Source: Mycobacterium tuberculosis H37Rv
GTDB taxonomy: Bacteria > Actinomycetota > Actinomycetes > Mycobacteriales > Mycobacteriaceae
Length of the DNA stretch: 32,000 nt
Assembly (NCBI RefSeq): GCF_000195955.2
Contig: NC_000962.3
Location: 2,490,001 to 2,522,000, forward strand
Reading direction: 5' to 3'
Below, in pieces: positions 1 to 10,922 of the stretch (position 1 is the first letter of the stretch; every line of letters begins with the position of its first letter). Both the position numbers and the translations under genes were made by a program. The notes beneath the pieces were generated by a model. It was not told the DNA's origin, searched no databases, and saw nothing but the letters and a program-made list of their open reading frames with translations.

Positions 1-2353
1 CGTTGCGGCCCTCGGGTCGCAAATTGGCGTCGAGCTCCAGCGGCGGATCGACGCTGGGTGTCCCCAGCAGCGCCCGAACCCGCTCGGCGATCGATGTCGA
101 CCATTTCACCGCCCGTGCATCGTCGACGCCGGTGGCCGGCTCACAGACGAACATCACGTCGGCATCCGACCCGTAGCCCAACTCGGCACCACCCAGCCGA
201 CCCATGCCGATGACCGCGATGGCCGCCGGGGCGCGATCGTCGTCGGGAAGGCTGGCCCGGATCATGACGTCCAGCGCGGCCTGCAGCACCGCCACCCACA
301 CCGACGTCAACGCCCGGCACACCTCGGTGACCTCGAGCAGGCCGAGCAGGTCCGCCGAACCGATGCGGGCCAGCTCTCGACGACGCAGCGTGCGCGCGCC
401 GGCGATGGCCCGCTCCGGGTCGGGGTAGCGGCTCGCCGAGGCGATCAGCGCCCGAGCCACGGCGGCGGGCTCGGTCTCGAGCAGCTTCGGGCCCGCAGGC
501 CCGTCCTCGTACTGCTGGATGACCCGCGGCGCGCGCATCAACAGATCCGGCACATACGCCGAGGTACCCAAGACATGCATGAGCCGCTTGGCCACCGCGG
601 GCTTGTCCCGCAGCGTGGCCAGGTACCAGCTTTCGGTGGCCAGCGCCTCACTGAGCCGCCGGTAGGCCAGCAGTCCGCCGTCGGGATCGGGGGCATACGA
701 CATCCAGTCCAGCAGCCTGGGCAGCAGCACCGACTGCACCCGTCCGCGCCGGCCGCTTTGATTGACCAACGCCGACATGTGTTTCAACGCGGTCTGCGGT
801 CCCTCGTAGCCCAGCGCGGCCAGCCGGCGCCCCGCGGCCTCCAACGTCATGCCGTGGGCGATCTCCAACCCGGTCGGGCCGATCGATTCCAGCAGCGGTT
901 GATAGAAGAGTTTGGTGTGTAACTTCGACACCCGCACGTTCTGCTTCTTGAGTTCCTCCCGCAGCACCCCGGCCGCATCGTTTCGGCCATCGGGCCGGAT
1001 GTGGGCCGCGCGCGCCAGCCAGCGCACTGCCTCCTCGTCTTCGGGATCGGGAAGCAGGTGGGTGCGCTTGAGCCGCTGCAACTGCAGTCGGTGCTCGAGC
1101 AGCCTGAGGAACTCATACGACGCGGTCATGTTCGCCGCGTCCTCACGCCCGATGTAGCCGCCTTCGCCCAACGCCGCCAATGCGTCCACCGTGGACGCCA
1201 CCCGTAACGACTCGTCGCTACGGGCATGAACCAGCTGCAGTAGCTGTACGGCGAACTCCACGTCGCGCAATCCGCCGCTGCCGAGTTTGAGCTCGCGGCC
1301 GCGGACATCGGCGGGCACCAGCTGCTCCACCCGCCGCCGCATGGCCTGCACCTCGACCACAAAGTCTTCGCGCTCGCAGGCTCGCCACACCATCGGCATC
1401 AAGGCGGTCAGGTAACGCTCGCCAAGTTCCGCGTCGCCAACGACTGGCCGTGCTTTCAGCAACGCCTGAAACTCCCAGGTCTTGGCCCAGCGCTGGTAGT
1501 AGGCGATGTGCGACTCGAGCGTACGGACCAGCTCCCCGTTGCGCCCCTCCGGACGCAGGGCGGCGTCCACCTCGAAAAAGGCCGCCGAGGCCACCCGCAT
1601 CATCTCGCTGGCCACGCGCGCGTTGCGCGGGTCGGAGCGCTCGGCAACGAATATGACATCGACGTCGCTGACGTAGTTCAGTTCGCGCGCACCGCACTTG
1701 CCCATCGCGATGACCGCCAGGCGCGGTGGCGGGTGCTCGCCGCACACGCTCGCCTCGGCCACGCGCAGCGCCGCCGCCAGAGCGGCGTCCGCGGCGTCCG
1801 CCAGGCGTGCGGCCACCACGGTGAATGGCAGCACCGGTTCGTCCTCGACCGTCGCGGCCAGGTCGAGAGCGGCCAGCATTAGCACGTAGTCGCGGTACTG
1901 GGTTCGCAATCGGTGCACGAGCGAGCCCGGCATACCCTCCGATTCCTCGACGCACTCGACGAACGACCGCTGCAGCTGGTCATGGGACGGCAGTGTGACC
2001 TTGCCCCGCAGCAATTTCCAGGACTGCGGATGGGCGACCAGGTGATCGCCCAACGCCAGCGACGAGCCCAGCACCGAGAACAGCCGCCCGCGCAGACTGC
2101 GTTCGCGCAGCAGAGCCGCGTTGAGCTCGTCCCATCCGGTGTCTGGATTCTCCGACAGCCGGATCAAGGCGCGCAGCGCGGCATCGGCGTCCGGAGCGCG
2201 TGACAGCGACCACAGCAGGTCGACGTGCGCCTGATCCTCGTGCCGATCCCACCCCAGCTGAGCCAGACGCTCACCAGCAGGGGGGTCAACTAATCCGAGC
2301 CGGCCAACGCTGGGCAACTTCGGCCGCTGCGTGGCGAGTTTGGTCACGACCAC
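1..2353 (-). CDS. glnE: Glutamine synthetase adenylyltransferase (GlnE), 5' portion; continues past the left edge
   Basis: Reverse strand is open from a GTG at 2353 ([24 protein letters not shown]...) to the window edge (...[11 protein letters not shown]). It contains the nucleotidyltransferase-like motifs '[18 protein letters not shown]' and '[21 protein letters not shown]', typical of the GlnE tandem domains. It is missing from the ORF track because the stop is outside the window. Confidence 0.95.
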   Translation of the reverse strand, partial: MVVTKLATQRPKLPSVGRLGLVDPPAGERLAQLGWDRHEDQAHVDLLWSLSRAPDADAALRALIRLSENPDTGWDELNAALLRERSLRGRLFSVLGSSLALGDHLVAHPQSWKLLRGKVTLPSHDQLQRSFVECVEESEGMPGSLVHRLRTQYRDYVLMLAALDLAATVEDEPVLPFTVVAARLADAADAALAAALRVAEASVCGEHPPPRLAVIAMGKCGARELNYVSDVDVIFVAERSDPRNARVASEMMRVASAAFFEVDAALRPEGRNGELVRTLESHIAYYQRWAKTWEFQALLKARPVVGDAELGERYLTALMPMVWRACEREDFVVEVQAMRRRVEQLVPADVRGRELKLGSGGLRDVEFAVQLLQLVHARSDESLRVASTVDALAALGEGGYIGREDAANMTASYEFLRLLEHRLQLQRLKRTHLLPDPEDEEAVRWLARAAHIRPDGRNDAAGVLREELKKQNVRVSKLHTKLFYQPLLESIGPTGLEIAHGMTLEAAGRRLAALGYEGPQTALKHMSALVNQSGRRGRVQSVLLPRLLDWMSYAPDPDGGLLAYRRLSEALATESWYLATLRDKPAVAKRLMHVLGTSAYVPDLLMRAPRVIQQYEDGPAGPKLLETEPAAVARALIASASRYPDPERAIAGARTLRRRELARIGSADLLGLLEVTEVCRALTSVWVAVLQAALDVMIRASLPDDDRAPAAIAVIGMGRLGGAELGYGSDADVMFVCEPATGVDDARAVKWSTSIAERVRALLGTPSVDPPLELDANLRPEGRN

Positions 2354-2401
2354 GACGGTAGCGCAAAGCGCGTCGGCGTCGGATCAACCGGTAGATCTGG
2401 G

Positions 2402-3742
2402 CTACAGCGACAGGTAGGTGCGCAGCTCGTATGGCGTGACGTGGCTGCGGTAGTTCGCCCACTCCGTGCGCTTGTTGCGCAAGAAAAAGTCAAAAACGTG
2501 CTCCCCCAAGGCCTCCGCGACGAGTTCGGAGGCCTCCATGGCGCGCAGCGCACTATCCAAACTGGACGGCAATTCTCGGTACCCCATCGCTCGGCGTTCC
2601 TCGGGTGTGAGGTCCCATACGTTGTCCTCGGCCTGCGGGCCCAGCACGTAACCCTTCTCTACACCCCGCAATCCCGCGGCCAGCAGCACGGCGAATGTCA
2701 GATAGGGATTGCACGCCGAATCAGGGCTGCGTACTTCGACCCGCCGCGACGAGGTCTTGTGCGGCGTGTACATCGGCACCCGCACTAGGGCGGATCGGTT
2801 GGCGGCCCCCCACGACGCGGCCGTGGGCGCTTCGCCGCCCTGCACCAGCCGCTTGTAAGAGTTGACCCACTGATTTGTGACCGCGCTGATCTCGCAAGCG
2901 TGCTCCAGGATCCCGGCGATGAACGATTTACCCACTTCCGACAGCTGCAGCGGATCATCAGCGCTGTGGAACGCGTTGACATCACCCTCGAACAGGCTCA
3001 TGTGGGTGTGCATCGCCGAGCCCGGGTGCTGGCCGAATGGCTTGGGCATGAACGACGCCCGGGCGCCCTCTTCCAGCGCGACTTCTTTGATGACGTAGCG
3101 GAAGGTCATCACGTTGTCAGCCATCGACAGAGCGTCGGCAAACCGCAGGTCGATCTCCTGCTGGCCGGGTGCGCCTTCGTGATGGCTGAACTCCACCGAG
3201 ATGCCCATGAATTCCAGGGCATCGATCGCGTGGCGGCGAAAGTTCAAGGCGGAGTCGTGCACCGCTTGGTCGAAATAGCCGGCGTTGTCGACCGGGACGG
3301 GCACCGACCCGTCCTCGGGTCCGGGCTTGAGCAGGAAGAACTCGATTTCGGGATGCACGTAGCAGGAGAAGCCGAGTTCGCCGGCCTTCGTCAGCTGCCG
3401 CCGCAACACGTGCCGCGGGTCCGCCCACGACGGCGAGCCGTCCGGCATGGTGATGTCGCAAAACATCCGCGCTGAGTGGTGGTGGCCGGAACTGGTGGCC
3501 CAGGGCAGCACCTGGAAGGTCGACGGGTCCGGGTGCGCCACCGTATCGGATTCCGAGACCCGCGCAAAGCCCTCGATCGAGGATCCGTCGAAGCCGATGC
3601 CTTCCTCGAAGGCGCCCTCGAGTTCGGCTGGGGCGATGGCGACCGACTTGAGGAAACCGAGCACGTCTGTGAACCACAGCCGGACGAAGCGGATGTCGCG
3701 TTCTTCCAGGGTACGAAGAACGAATTCCTTCTGTCGGTCCAT
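2402..3742 (-). CDS. glnA2: Glutamine synthetase, type I-like paralogue (GlnA2)
   Basis: ORF MDRQKEFVLRTLEERDIRFVRLWFTDVLGFLKS...; GS signatures GFDGSSIEGFARV, and HMHMSLF-like HTHMSLFEG. Start chosen at the internal Met of the 452-aa track ORF. Confidence 0.95.
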   Translation of the reverse strand: MDRQKEFVLRTLEERDIRFVRLWFTDVLGFLKSVAIAPAELEGAFEEGIGFDGSSIEGFARVSESDTVAHPDPSTFQVLPWATSSGHHHSARMFCDITMPDGSPSWADPRHVLRRQLTKAGELGFSCYVHPEIEFFLLKPGPEDGSVPVPVDNAGYFDQAVHDSALNFRRHAIDALEFMGISVEFSHHEGAPGQQEIDLRFADALSMADNVMTFRYVIKEVALEEGARASFMPKPFGQHPGSAMHTHMSLFEGDVNAFHSADDPLQLSEVGKSFIAGILEHACEISAVTNQWVNSYKRLVQGGEAPTAASWGAANRSALVRVPMYTPHKTSSRRVEVRSPDSACNPYLTFAVLLAAGLRGVEKGYVLGPQAEDNVWDLTPEERRAMGYRELPSSLDSALRAMEASELVAEALGEHVFDFFLRNKRTEWANYRSHVTPYELRTYLSL

Positions 3743-3800
3743 ACCTCGAACAGTATGCACTGTCTGTTAAAACCGTGTTACCGATGCCCGGCCAGAAGCG

Positions 3801-3818
3801 TTGCGGGGCGGCCCGCAA
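3801..3818 (-). terminator. Hairpin 3' of the Rv2223c-type gene, possible terminator
   Basis: Perfect 7-bp stem TTGCGGG-GCGG-CCCGCAA 19 nt downstream (minus sense) of the stop at 3837. No U-tract. Confidence 0.4.
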
Positions 3819-3836
3819 GGGGAGTGCGCGGTGAGT

Positions 3837-5399
3837 TCAGGGCGCGCACCGCAGACTCGTCGGCGGCAAGGTCCCGTCGAGAAAATAGTGCATCACCGCA
3901 GAGTCCACACACTGGTTGCCATCGAACACCGCAGTGTGTTGGGTGCCGTCGAAGGTGATCAGCGGTGCGCCCAGCTGGCGGGCCAGGTCTACCCCGGACT
4001 GATACGGAGTGGCCGGGTCGTGGGTGGTGGACACCACGACGACCTTGCCAGCCCCGGCCGGCGCCGCGGGGTGCGGCGTCGACGTTGCCGGCACCGGCCA
4101 CAGCGCGCACAGATCGCGGGGGGCGGATCCGGTGAACTGCCCGTAGCTAAGGAACGGGGCGACCTGACGGATCCGTTGGTCGGCGGCCACCCAGGCCGCT
4201 GGATCGGCCGGTGTGGGCGCATCGACGCACCGGACCGCGTTGAACGCGTCCTGGTCGTTGCTGTAGTGCCCGTCTGCATCCCGGCCGTCATAGTCGTCGG
4301 CAAGCACCAGCAAGTCGCCGGCGTCGCTGCCGCGCTGCAGCCCCAGCAGACCACTGGTCAGGTACTTCCAGCGCTGAGGGCTGTACAGCGCGTTGATGGT
4401 GCCCGTCGTCGCGTCGGCGTAGCTCAGGCCACGTGGATCCGACGTCTTACCCGGCTTCTGCACCAGCGGGTCAACCAGGGCGTGGTAGCGGTTGACCCAC
4501 TGGGCCGAGTCGGTGCCCAGAGGGCAGGCCGGCGAGCGGGCGCAGTCGGCGGCGTAGTCATTGAAAGCGGTCTGAAATCCCGCCATTTGGCTGATGCTTT
4601 CCTCGATTGGGCTAACGGCTGGATCGATAGCGCCGTCGAGGACCATCGCCCGCACATGAGTACCGAACCGTTCCAGGTAAGCGGTGCCCAACTCGGTGCC
4701 GTAGCTGTATCCGAGGTAGTTGATCTGATCGTCACCTAACGCTTGGCGAACCATGTCCATGTCCCGTGCGACGGACGCGGTACCGATATTGGCCAAGAAG
4801 CTGAAGCCCATCCGGTCAACACAGTCCTGGGCCAACTGCCGGTAGACCTGTTCGACGTGGGTGACACCGGCCGGACTGTAGTCGGCCATCGGATCGCGCC
4901 GGTACGCGTCGAACTCGGCGTCGGTGCGACACCGCAACGCAGGGGTCGAGTGGCCGACCCCTCTCGGGTCGAAGCCCACCAGGTCGAAGTGGCGGAGAAT
5001 GTCGGTGTCGGCGATCGCGGGTGCCATAGCGGCGACCATGTCGACCGCCGACGCCCCGGGTCCCCCAGGATTGACCAGCAGTGCTCCGAATCGCTGTCCC
5101 GTCGCGGGGACGCGGATCACCGCCAACTTCGCTTGTGTCCCACCGGGTTGGTCGTAGTCGACGGGGACGGACACCGTCGCGCAGCGTGCAGTGCGAATTT
5201 CGCTGGTGTCGGCGATGAACTCGCGGCAGCTGTTCCAACTCTGTTGCGGCGCCACGACCGGCGCACCCGGGGTTTGGCCGGCGCCGGGTTCTTCAGTCGC
5301 GCCGGCCAACGGGGGCGCTGCTAGGGGCAGTCCGCCGAGCAGCAACCCGAAGGACAGCAGCGCCGAGCTCAACGGTCTGCGGCGCCACATGGCCGCCAT
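3837..5399 (-). CDS. Exported alpha/beta-hydrolase serine protease, Hip1 paralogue (Rv2223c-like)
   Basis: 520-aa ORF with an N-terminal signal-like segment, GGPGASA and the nucleophile elbow YLGYSYGTELG, plus C-terminal 'VVVSTTHDPATPY' and 'GTQHTAVF'. Tandem paralogue of the next gene. Confidence 0.9.
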   Translation of the reverse strand: MAAMWRRRPLSSALLSFGLLLGGLPLAAPPLAGATEEPGAGQTPGAPVVAPQQSWNSCREFIADTSEIRTARCATVSVPVDYDQPGGTQAKLAVIRVPATGQRFGALLVNPGGPGASAVDMVAAMAPAIADTDILRHFDLVGFDPRGVGHSTPALRCRTDAEFDAYRRDPMADYSPAGVTHVEQVYRQLAQDCVDRMGFSFLANIGTASVARDMDMVRQALGDDQINYLGYSYGTELGTAYLERFGTHVRAMVLDGAIDPAVSPIEESISQMAGFQTAFNDYAADCARSPACPLGTDSAQWVNRYHALVDPLVQKPGKTSDPRGLSYADATTGTINALYSPQRWKYLTSGLLGLQRGSDAGDLLVLADDYDGRDADGHYSNDQDAFNAVRCVDAPTPADPAAWVAADQRIRQVAPFLSYGQFTGSAPRDLCALWPVPATSTPHPAAPAGAGKVVVVSTTHDPATPYQSGVDLARQLGAPLITFDGTQHTAVFDGNQCVDSAVMHYFLDGTLPPTSLRCAP

Positions 5400-5460
5400 C
5401 GTCTCACCGGCGAATACCTGTGACGGCGCGAAATGATCACACCTTCGTTTCTTCGCCCCG

Positions 5461-7023
5461 CTAGCACTTGGCGCCGCTGGGCGGCGTGGTGCCGCCGATT
5501 AAATACGCCGTCACGTACTCGTCAATGCAGCTGTCGCCCTGGAATACCACCGTGTGCTGGGTTCCGTCGAAGGTCAGCAACGAACCGCGAAGCTGGTTCG
5601 CCAGGTCGACCCCGGCCTTGTACGGCGTCGCCGGGTCATGGGTGGTGGATACCACCACCGTCGGCACTAGGCCGGGCGCCGAGACGGCATGGGGCTGACT
5701 TGTGGGTGGCACCGGCCAGAACGCGCAGGTGCCCAGCGGCGCATCACCGGTGAACTTCCCGTAGCTCATGAACGGTGCGATCTCCCGGGCGCGGCGGTCT
5801 TCGTCGATGACCTTGTCGCGATCGGTAACCGGGGGCTGATCGACGCAATTGATCGCCACCCGCGCGTCACCGGAATTGTTGTAGCGGCCGTGCGAGTCCC
5901 GACGCATGTACATGTCGGCCAGAGCCAGCAGGGTGTCTCCGCGATTGTCGACCAGCTCCGACAGCCCGTCGGTCAAGTGTTGCCACAGATTCGGTGAGTA
6001 CAGCGCCATAATGGTGCCCACGATGGCGTCGCTATAACTCAGCCCGCGCGGATCCTTCGTGCGCGCCGGCCTGCTGATCCTCGGGTTGTCCGGGTCGACC
6101 AACGGATCGACCAGGCTGTGGTAGACCTCGACGGCTTTGGCCGGGTCGGCGCCCAGCGGGCAGCCCGCGTTCTTGGCGCAGTCGGCGGCATAGTTGTTGA
6201 ACGCGTCCTGGAAGCCCTTGGCCTGGCGCAGCTCCGCCTCGATGGGATCGGCATTGGGGTCGACGGCACCGTCGAGAATCATTGCCCGCACCCGCTGCGG
6301 AAATTCCTCGGCATACGCGGAGCCGATCCGGGTGCCGTACGAGTAGCCCAGGTAGGTCAGCTTGTCGTCGCCCAACGCCGCGCGAATGGCATCCAGGTCC
6401 TTGGCGACGTTGACCGTCCCGACATGGGCCAGAAAGTTCTTGCCCATCTTGTCCACACAGCGACCGACGAATTGCTTGGTCTCGTTCTCGATGTGCGCCA
6501 CACCCTCCCGGCTGTAGTCAACCTGCGGCTCGGCCCGCAGCCGGTCGTTGTCGGCATCGGAGTTGCACCAGATCGCCGGCCGGGACGACGCCACCCCGCG
6601 GGGGTCGAACCCAACCAGGTCGAACCTTTCGTGCACCCGCTTCGGCAATGTCTGGAAGACGCCCAAGGCGGCCTCGATACCGGATTCGCCGGGTCCACCG
6701 GGATTTATGACCAGCGAACCGATCTTGTCTCCCGTCGCCGGAAAGCGAATCAGCGCCAGCGCCGCCACGTCACCATCGGGGCGGTCGTAGTCGACCGGTA
6801 CAGCGAGCTTGCCGCATAACGCGCCGCCGGGGATCTTTACTTGCGGGTTTGACGACCGGCACGGTGTCCACTCCACCGGCTGGCCCAGCTTCGGCTCCGC
6901 CATACGAGCGCGTCCCCCGACCACGCGGATGCAGCCCACAAGAACCAACGCCACGGCGGCGAGCGCGGCCCAGATCAACAGCATGCGCGCGATCTTGTCG
7001 CGGCGAGACAGCCTCATGCCCAC
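5461..7023 (-). CDS. caeA: Cell-envelope serine protease/carboxylesterase Hip1 (CaeA), lipoprotein
   Basis: 520-aa ORF; lipobox-like 'ALVLVGC', 'GGPGESG', 'YLGYSYGTRIG', 'VVSTTHDPATPYKAG'. Confidence 0.93.
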   Translation of the reverse strand: MGMRLSRRDKIARMLLIWAALAAVALVLVGCIRVVGGRARMAEPKLGQPVEWTPCRSSNPQVKIPGGALCGKLAVPVDYDRPDGDVAALALIRFPATGDKIGSLVINPGGPGESGIEAALGVFQTLPKRVHERFDLVGFDPRGVASSRPAIWCNSDADNDRLRAEPQVDYSREGVAHIENETKQFVGRCVDKMGKNFLAHVGTVNVAKDLDAIRAALGDDKLTYLGYSYGTRIGSAYAEEFPQRVRAMILDGAVDPNADPIEAELRQAKGFQDAFNNYAADCAKNAGCPLGADPAKAVEVYHSLVDPLVDPDNPRISRPARTKDPRGLSYSDAIVGTIMALYSPNLWQHLTDGLSELVDNRGDTLLALADMYMRRDSHGRYNNSGDARVAINCVDQPPVTDRDKVIDEDRRAREIAPFMSYGKFTGDAPLGTCAFWPVPPTSQPHAVSAPGLVPTVVVSTTHDPATPYKAGVDLANQLRGSLLTFDGTQHTVVFQGDSCIDEYVTAYLIGGTTPPSGAKC

Positions 7024-7168
7024 AATGCTGCCAGAGCAGACCCGAGATCCTGGCCAGCGGCCACCGTCGGCCGACTAACCGGCCGCTGCCAGCAGTCCTG
7101 CCATCGCCGATGGCGAACTCGTCGGCCATCCCCCATACGTCCGGTAACAGATCCGGGCAAGACACCGA

Positions 7169-7613
7169 CCCGTCGACCGGATCCGGCACGGGCGCGTCGG
7201 CCTCGGCGGTGCACAACTGCGACATCAGGTTGGCGCTGGCACCCCGTCCACGCCGGCATGGTGCACCTTGGCCATCGCCCGAGGGCGATCCCCGATGCCG
7301 TCCACCCCTTCGACGAACCCATCTCCCACGGCGGTCGCCGGCAGCGACGCGATGTGGCCGCAGATCTCCGAGAGTTCGGCCCGCCCGCCCGGCGACGGCA
7401 ACCCGATGCCGTGCAAGTGACGATCGATGTGAGGTTCAAGGTTCAGCGCACTGCTGGCAAGCTTTTTCCGAAACCGCGGCCTCGCCTTGATCTGGAGTCA
7501 GAACGCGTCACGCAGCCGGTCAAAGGCGTAACCCATGCTCGAGCAAACATGCATGGGCTGAGTGGACGTTTCCAGACACAGCAACTGGCGTCCAGGCCAC
7601 TGAGCCGCTGCAT
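7169..7613 (-). pseudogene. Degraded wax ester synthase/diacylglycerol acyltransferase (WS/DGAT) remnant
   Basis: Family-like fragments in co-linear order across shifted frames (minus): [10 protein letters not shown] (7613-7584); LETSTQPMHVCSSMGYAFDRLRDAF* (7575-7498); PRFRKKLASSALNLEPHIDRHLHGIGLPSPGGRAELSEICGHIASLP...EGVDG...MAKVHHAGVDG (from 7479); ANLMSQLCTAEADAPVPDPVDG (7234-7169). Contains the HHxxxDG active-site motif. Confidence 0.88.
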
Positions 7614-7741
7614 GCGCGATGGTATGCCGATGGGGGCCCCGGGCGCGTCTGAGGGGAAGAAGTGGCAGACTGTCAGGGTCCGACGAACCCGGGGACCCTA
7701 ACGGGCCACGAGGATCGACCCGACCACCATTAGGGACAGTG

Positions 7742-8587
7742 ATGTCTGAGCAGACTATCTATGGGGCCAATACCCCCGGAGGCTCCGGGCCGCGGACCAA
7801 GATCCGCACCCACCACCTACAGAGATGGAAGGCCGACGGCCACAAGTGGGCCATGCTGACGGCCTACGACTATTCGACGGCCCGGATCTTCGACGAGGCC
7901 GGCATCCCGGTGCTGCTGGTCGGTGATTCGGCGGCCAACGTCGTGTACGGCTACGACACCACCGTGCCGATCTCCATCGACGAGCTGATCCCGCTGGTCC
8001 GTGGCGTGGTGCGGGGTGCCCCGCACGCACTGGTCGTCGCCGACCTGCCGTTCGGCAGCTACGAGGCGGGGCCCACCGCCGCGTTGGCCGCCGCCACCCG
8101 GTTCCTCAAGGACGGCGGCGCACATGCGGTCAAGCTCGAGGGCGGTGAGCGGGTGGCCGAGCAAATCGCCTGTCTGACCGCGGCGGGCATCCCGGTGATG
8201 GCACACATCGGCTTCACCCCGCAAAGCGTCAACACCTTGGGCGGCTTCCGGGTGCAGGGCCGCGGCGACGCCGCCGAACAAACCATCGCCGACGCGATCG
8301 CCGTCGCCGAAGCCGGAGCGTTTGCCGTCGTGATGGAGATGGTGCCCGCCGAGTTGGCCACCCAGATCACCGGCAAGCTTACCATTCCGACGGTCGGGAT
8401 CGGCGCTGGGCCCAACTGCGACGGCCAGGTCCTGGTATGGCAGGACATGGCCGGGTTCAGCGGCGCCAAGACCGCCCGCTTCGTCAAACGGTATGCCGAT
8501 GTCGGTGGTGAACTACGCCGTGCTGCAATGCAATACGCCCAAGAGGTGGCCGGCGGGGTATTCCCCGCTGACGAACACAGTTTCTGA
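7742..8587 (+). CDS. panB: 3-methyl-2-oxobutanoate hydroxymethyltransferase
   Basis: 281-aa product [74 protein letters not shown]...; PanB signatures. Confidence 0.95.
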   Translation: MSEQTIYGANTPGGSGPRTKIRTHHLQRWKADGHKWAMLTAYDYSTARIFDEAGIPVLLVGDSAANVVYGYDTTVPISIDELIPLVRGVVRGAPHALVVADLPFGSYEAGPTAALAAATRFLKDGGAHAVKLEGGERVAEQIACLTAAGIPVMAHIGFTPQSVNTLGGFRVQGRGDAAEQTIADAIAVAEAGAFAVVMEMVPAELATQITGKLTIPTVGIGAGPNCDGQVLVWQDMAGFSGAKTARFVKRYADVGGELRRAAMQYAQEVAGGVFPADEHSF

Positions 8588-8831
8588 CCAAGCCGAATCA
8601 GCCCGATGCGCGGGCATTGCGGTGGCGCCCTGGATGCCGTCGACGCCGGATTGCCGGCGCGGACGCGCCAGCGGGACCCATCGGCGTCGCGTTCGCCGGT
8701 TGAGCCCGGGGTGAGCCCAGACATTCGATGTGCCCAACACCATCCGCCACAGCCCAATTGATGTGGCACTCTATGCATGCCTATCCCCGACCAACCACCA
8801 CCGCGGCGACGCATCATGACCGGAGGCGAAG

Positions 8832-10373
8832 ATGCCAGTAGAGGCGCCCAGACCAGCGCGCCATCTGGAGGTCGAGCGCAAGTTCGACGTGATCGAGTCG
8901 ACGGTGTCGCCGTCGTTCGAGGGCATCGCCGCGGTGGTTCGCGTCGAGCAGTCGCCGACCCAGCAGCTCGACGCGGTGTACTTCGACACACCGTCGCACG
9001 ACCTGGCGCGCAACCAGATCACCTTGCGGCGCCGCACCGGCGGCGCCGACGCCGGCTGGCATCTGAAGCTGCCGGCCGGACCCGACAAGCGCACCGAGAT
9101 GCGAGCACCGCTGTCCGCATCAGGCGACGCTGTGCCGGCCGAGTTGTTGGATGTGGTGCTGGCGATCGTCCGCGACCAGCCGGTTCAGCCGGTCGCGCGG
9201 ATCAGCACTCACCGCGAAAGCCAGATCCTGTACGGCGCCGGGGGCGACGCGCTGGCGGAATTCTGCAACGACGACGTCACCGCATGGTCGGCCGGGGCAT
9301 TCCACGCCGCTGGTGCAGCGGACAACGGCCCTGCCGAACAGCAGTGGCGCGAATGGGAACTGGAACTGGTCACCACGGATGGGACCGCCGATACCAAGCT
9401 ACTGGACCGGCTAGCCAACCGGCTGCTCGATGCCGGTGCCGCACCTGCCGGCCACGGCTCCAAACTGGCGCGGGTGCTCGGTGCGACCTCTCCCGGTGAG
9501 CTGCCCAACGGCCCGCAGCCGCCGGCGGATCCAGTACACCGCGCGGTGTCCGAGCAAGTCGAGCAGCTGCTGCTGTGGGATCGGGCCGTGCGGGCCGACG
9601 CCTATGACGCCGTGCACCAGATGCGAGTGACGACCCGCAAGATCCGCAGCTTGCTGACGGATTCCCAGGAGTCGTTTGGCCTGAAGGAAAGTGCGTGGGT
9701 CATCGATGAACTGCGTGAGCTGGCCGATGTCCTGGGCGTAGCCCGGGACGCCGAGGTACTCGGTGACCGCTACCAGCGCGAACTGGACGCGCTGGCGCCG
9801 GAGCTGGTACGCGGCCGGGTGCGCGAGCGCCTGGTAGACGGGGCGCGGCGGCGATACCAGACCGGGCTGCGGCGATCACTGATCGCATTGCGGTCGCAGC
9901 GGTACTTCCGTCTGCTCGACGCTCTAGACGCGCTTGTGTCCGAACGCGCCCATGCCACTTCTGGGGAGGAATCGGCACCGGTAACCATCGATGCGGCCTA
10001 CCGGCGAGTCCGCAAAGCCGCAAAAGCCGCAAAGACCGCCGGCGACCAGGCGGGCGACCACCACCGCGACGAGGCATTGCACCTGATCCGCAAGCGCGCG
10101 AAGCGATTACGCTACACCGCGGCGGCTACTGGGGCGGACAATGTGTCACAAGAAGCCAAGGTCATCCAGACGTTGCTAGGCGATCATCAAGACAGCGTGG
10201 TCAGCCGGGAACATCTGATCCAGCAGGCCATAGCCGCGAACACCGCCGGCGAGGACACCTTCACCTACGGTCTGCTCTACCAACAGGAAGCCGACTTGGC
10301 CGAGCGCTGCCGGGAGCAGCTTGAAGCCGCGCTGCGCAAACTCGACAAGGCGGTCCGCAAAGCACGGGATTGA
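8832..10373 (+). CDS. CYTH domain + CHAD domain protein (Rv2226-like)
   Basis: N-terminus HLEVERKFDV (CYTH ExExK-type motif); C-terminal half with CHAD features 'VHQMRVTTRKIRS', 'LHLIRKRAKRLRYTA'. Confidence 0.9.
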   Translation: MPVEAPRPARHLEVERKFDVIESTVSPSFEGIAAVVRVEQSPTQQLDAVYFDTPSHDLARNQITLRRRTGGADAGWHLKLPAGPDKRTEMRAPLSASGDAVPAELLDVVLAIVRDQPVQPVARISTHRESQILYGAGGDALAEFCNDDVTAWSAGAFHAAGAADNGPAEQQWREWELELVTTDGTADTKLLDRLANRLLDAGAAPAGHGSKLARVLGATSPGELPNGPQPPADPVHRAVSEQVEQLLLWDRAVRADAYDAVHQMRVTTRKIRSLLTDSQESFGLKESAWVIDELRELADVLGVARDAEVLGDRYQRELDALAPELVRGRVRERLVDGARRRYQTGLRRSLIALRSQRYFRLLDALDALVSERAHATSGEESAPVTIDAAYRRVRKAAKAAKTAGDQAGDHHRDEALHLIRKRAKRLRYTAAATGADNVSQEAKVIQTLLGDHQDSVVSREHLIQQAIAANTAGEDTFTYGLLYQQEADLAERCREQLEAALRKLDKAVRKARD

Positions 10374-10384
10374 GCCCGCCAGGG

Positions 10385-10819
<435 letters not shown>

Positions 10820-10922
10820 GACGACCACGCTACCCCGCTGGGCGGTGTCGCGGCCAGTGTGACCGCTGGACGACACGGCTAGTCGGACAGCCGATCCGGC
10901 GGGCAGTCCTTATCGTGGACTG

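Noticed and set aside
1218-1955. 245-aa minus-strand ORF plus several plus-strand ORFs within the first 2.3 kb
   Set aside because: They are shadow frames of glnE, which is open on the minus strand across the whole interval. Compositions are Arg/Gly/Pro-rich, as expected for off-frame reading of high-GC coding DNA.
2877-3958. Plus-strand ORFs of 107-191 aa antisense to glnA2 and its upstream region
   Set aside because: Antisense shadows of the conserved glnA2 coding frame, with no recognisable domain.
7258-7701. 147-aa plus-strand ORF in the hip1-panB gap
   Set aside because: It is antisense to the WS/DGAT-like remnant, which explains the sequence better.
8059-8991. 310-aa minus-strand ORF over panB and the following gap
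   Set aside because: Low-complexity antisense frame opposite a strongly conserved gene.
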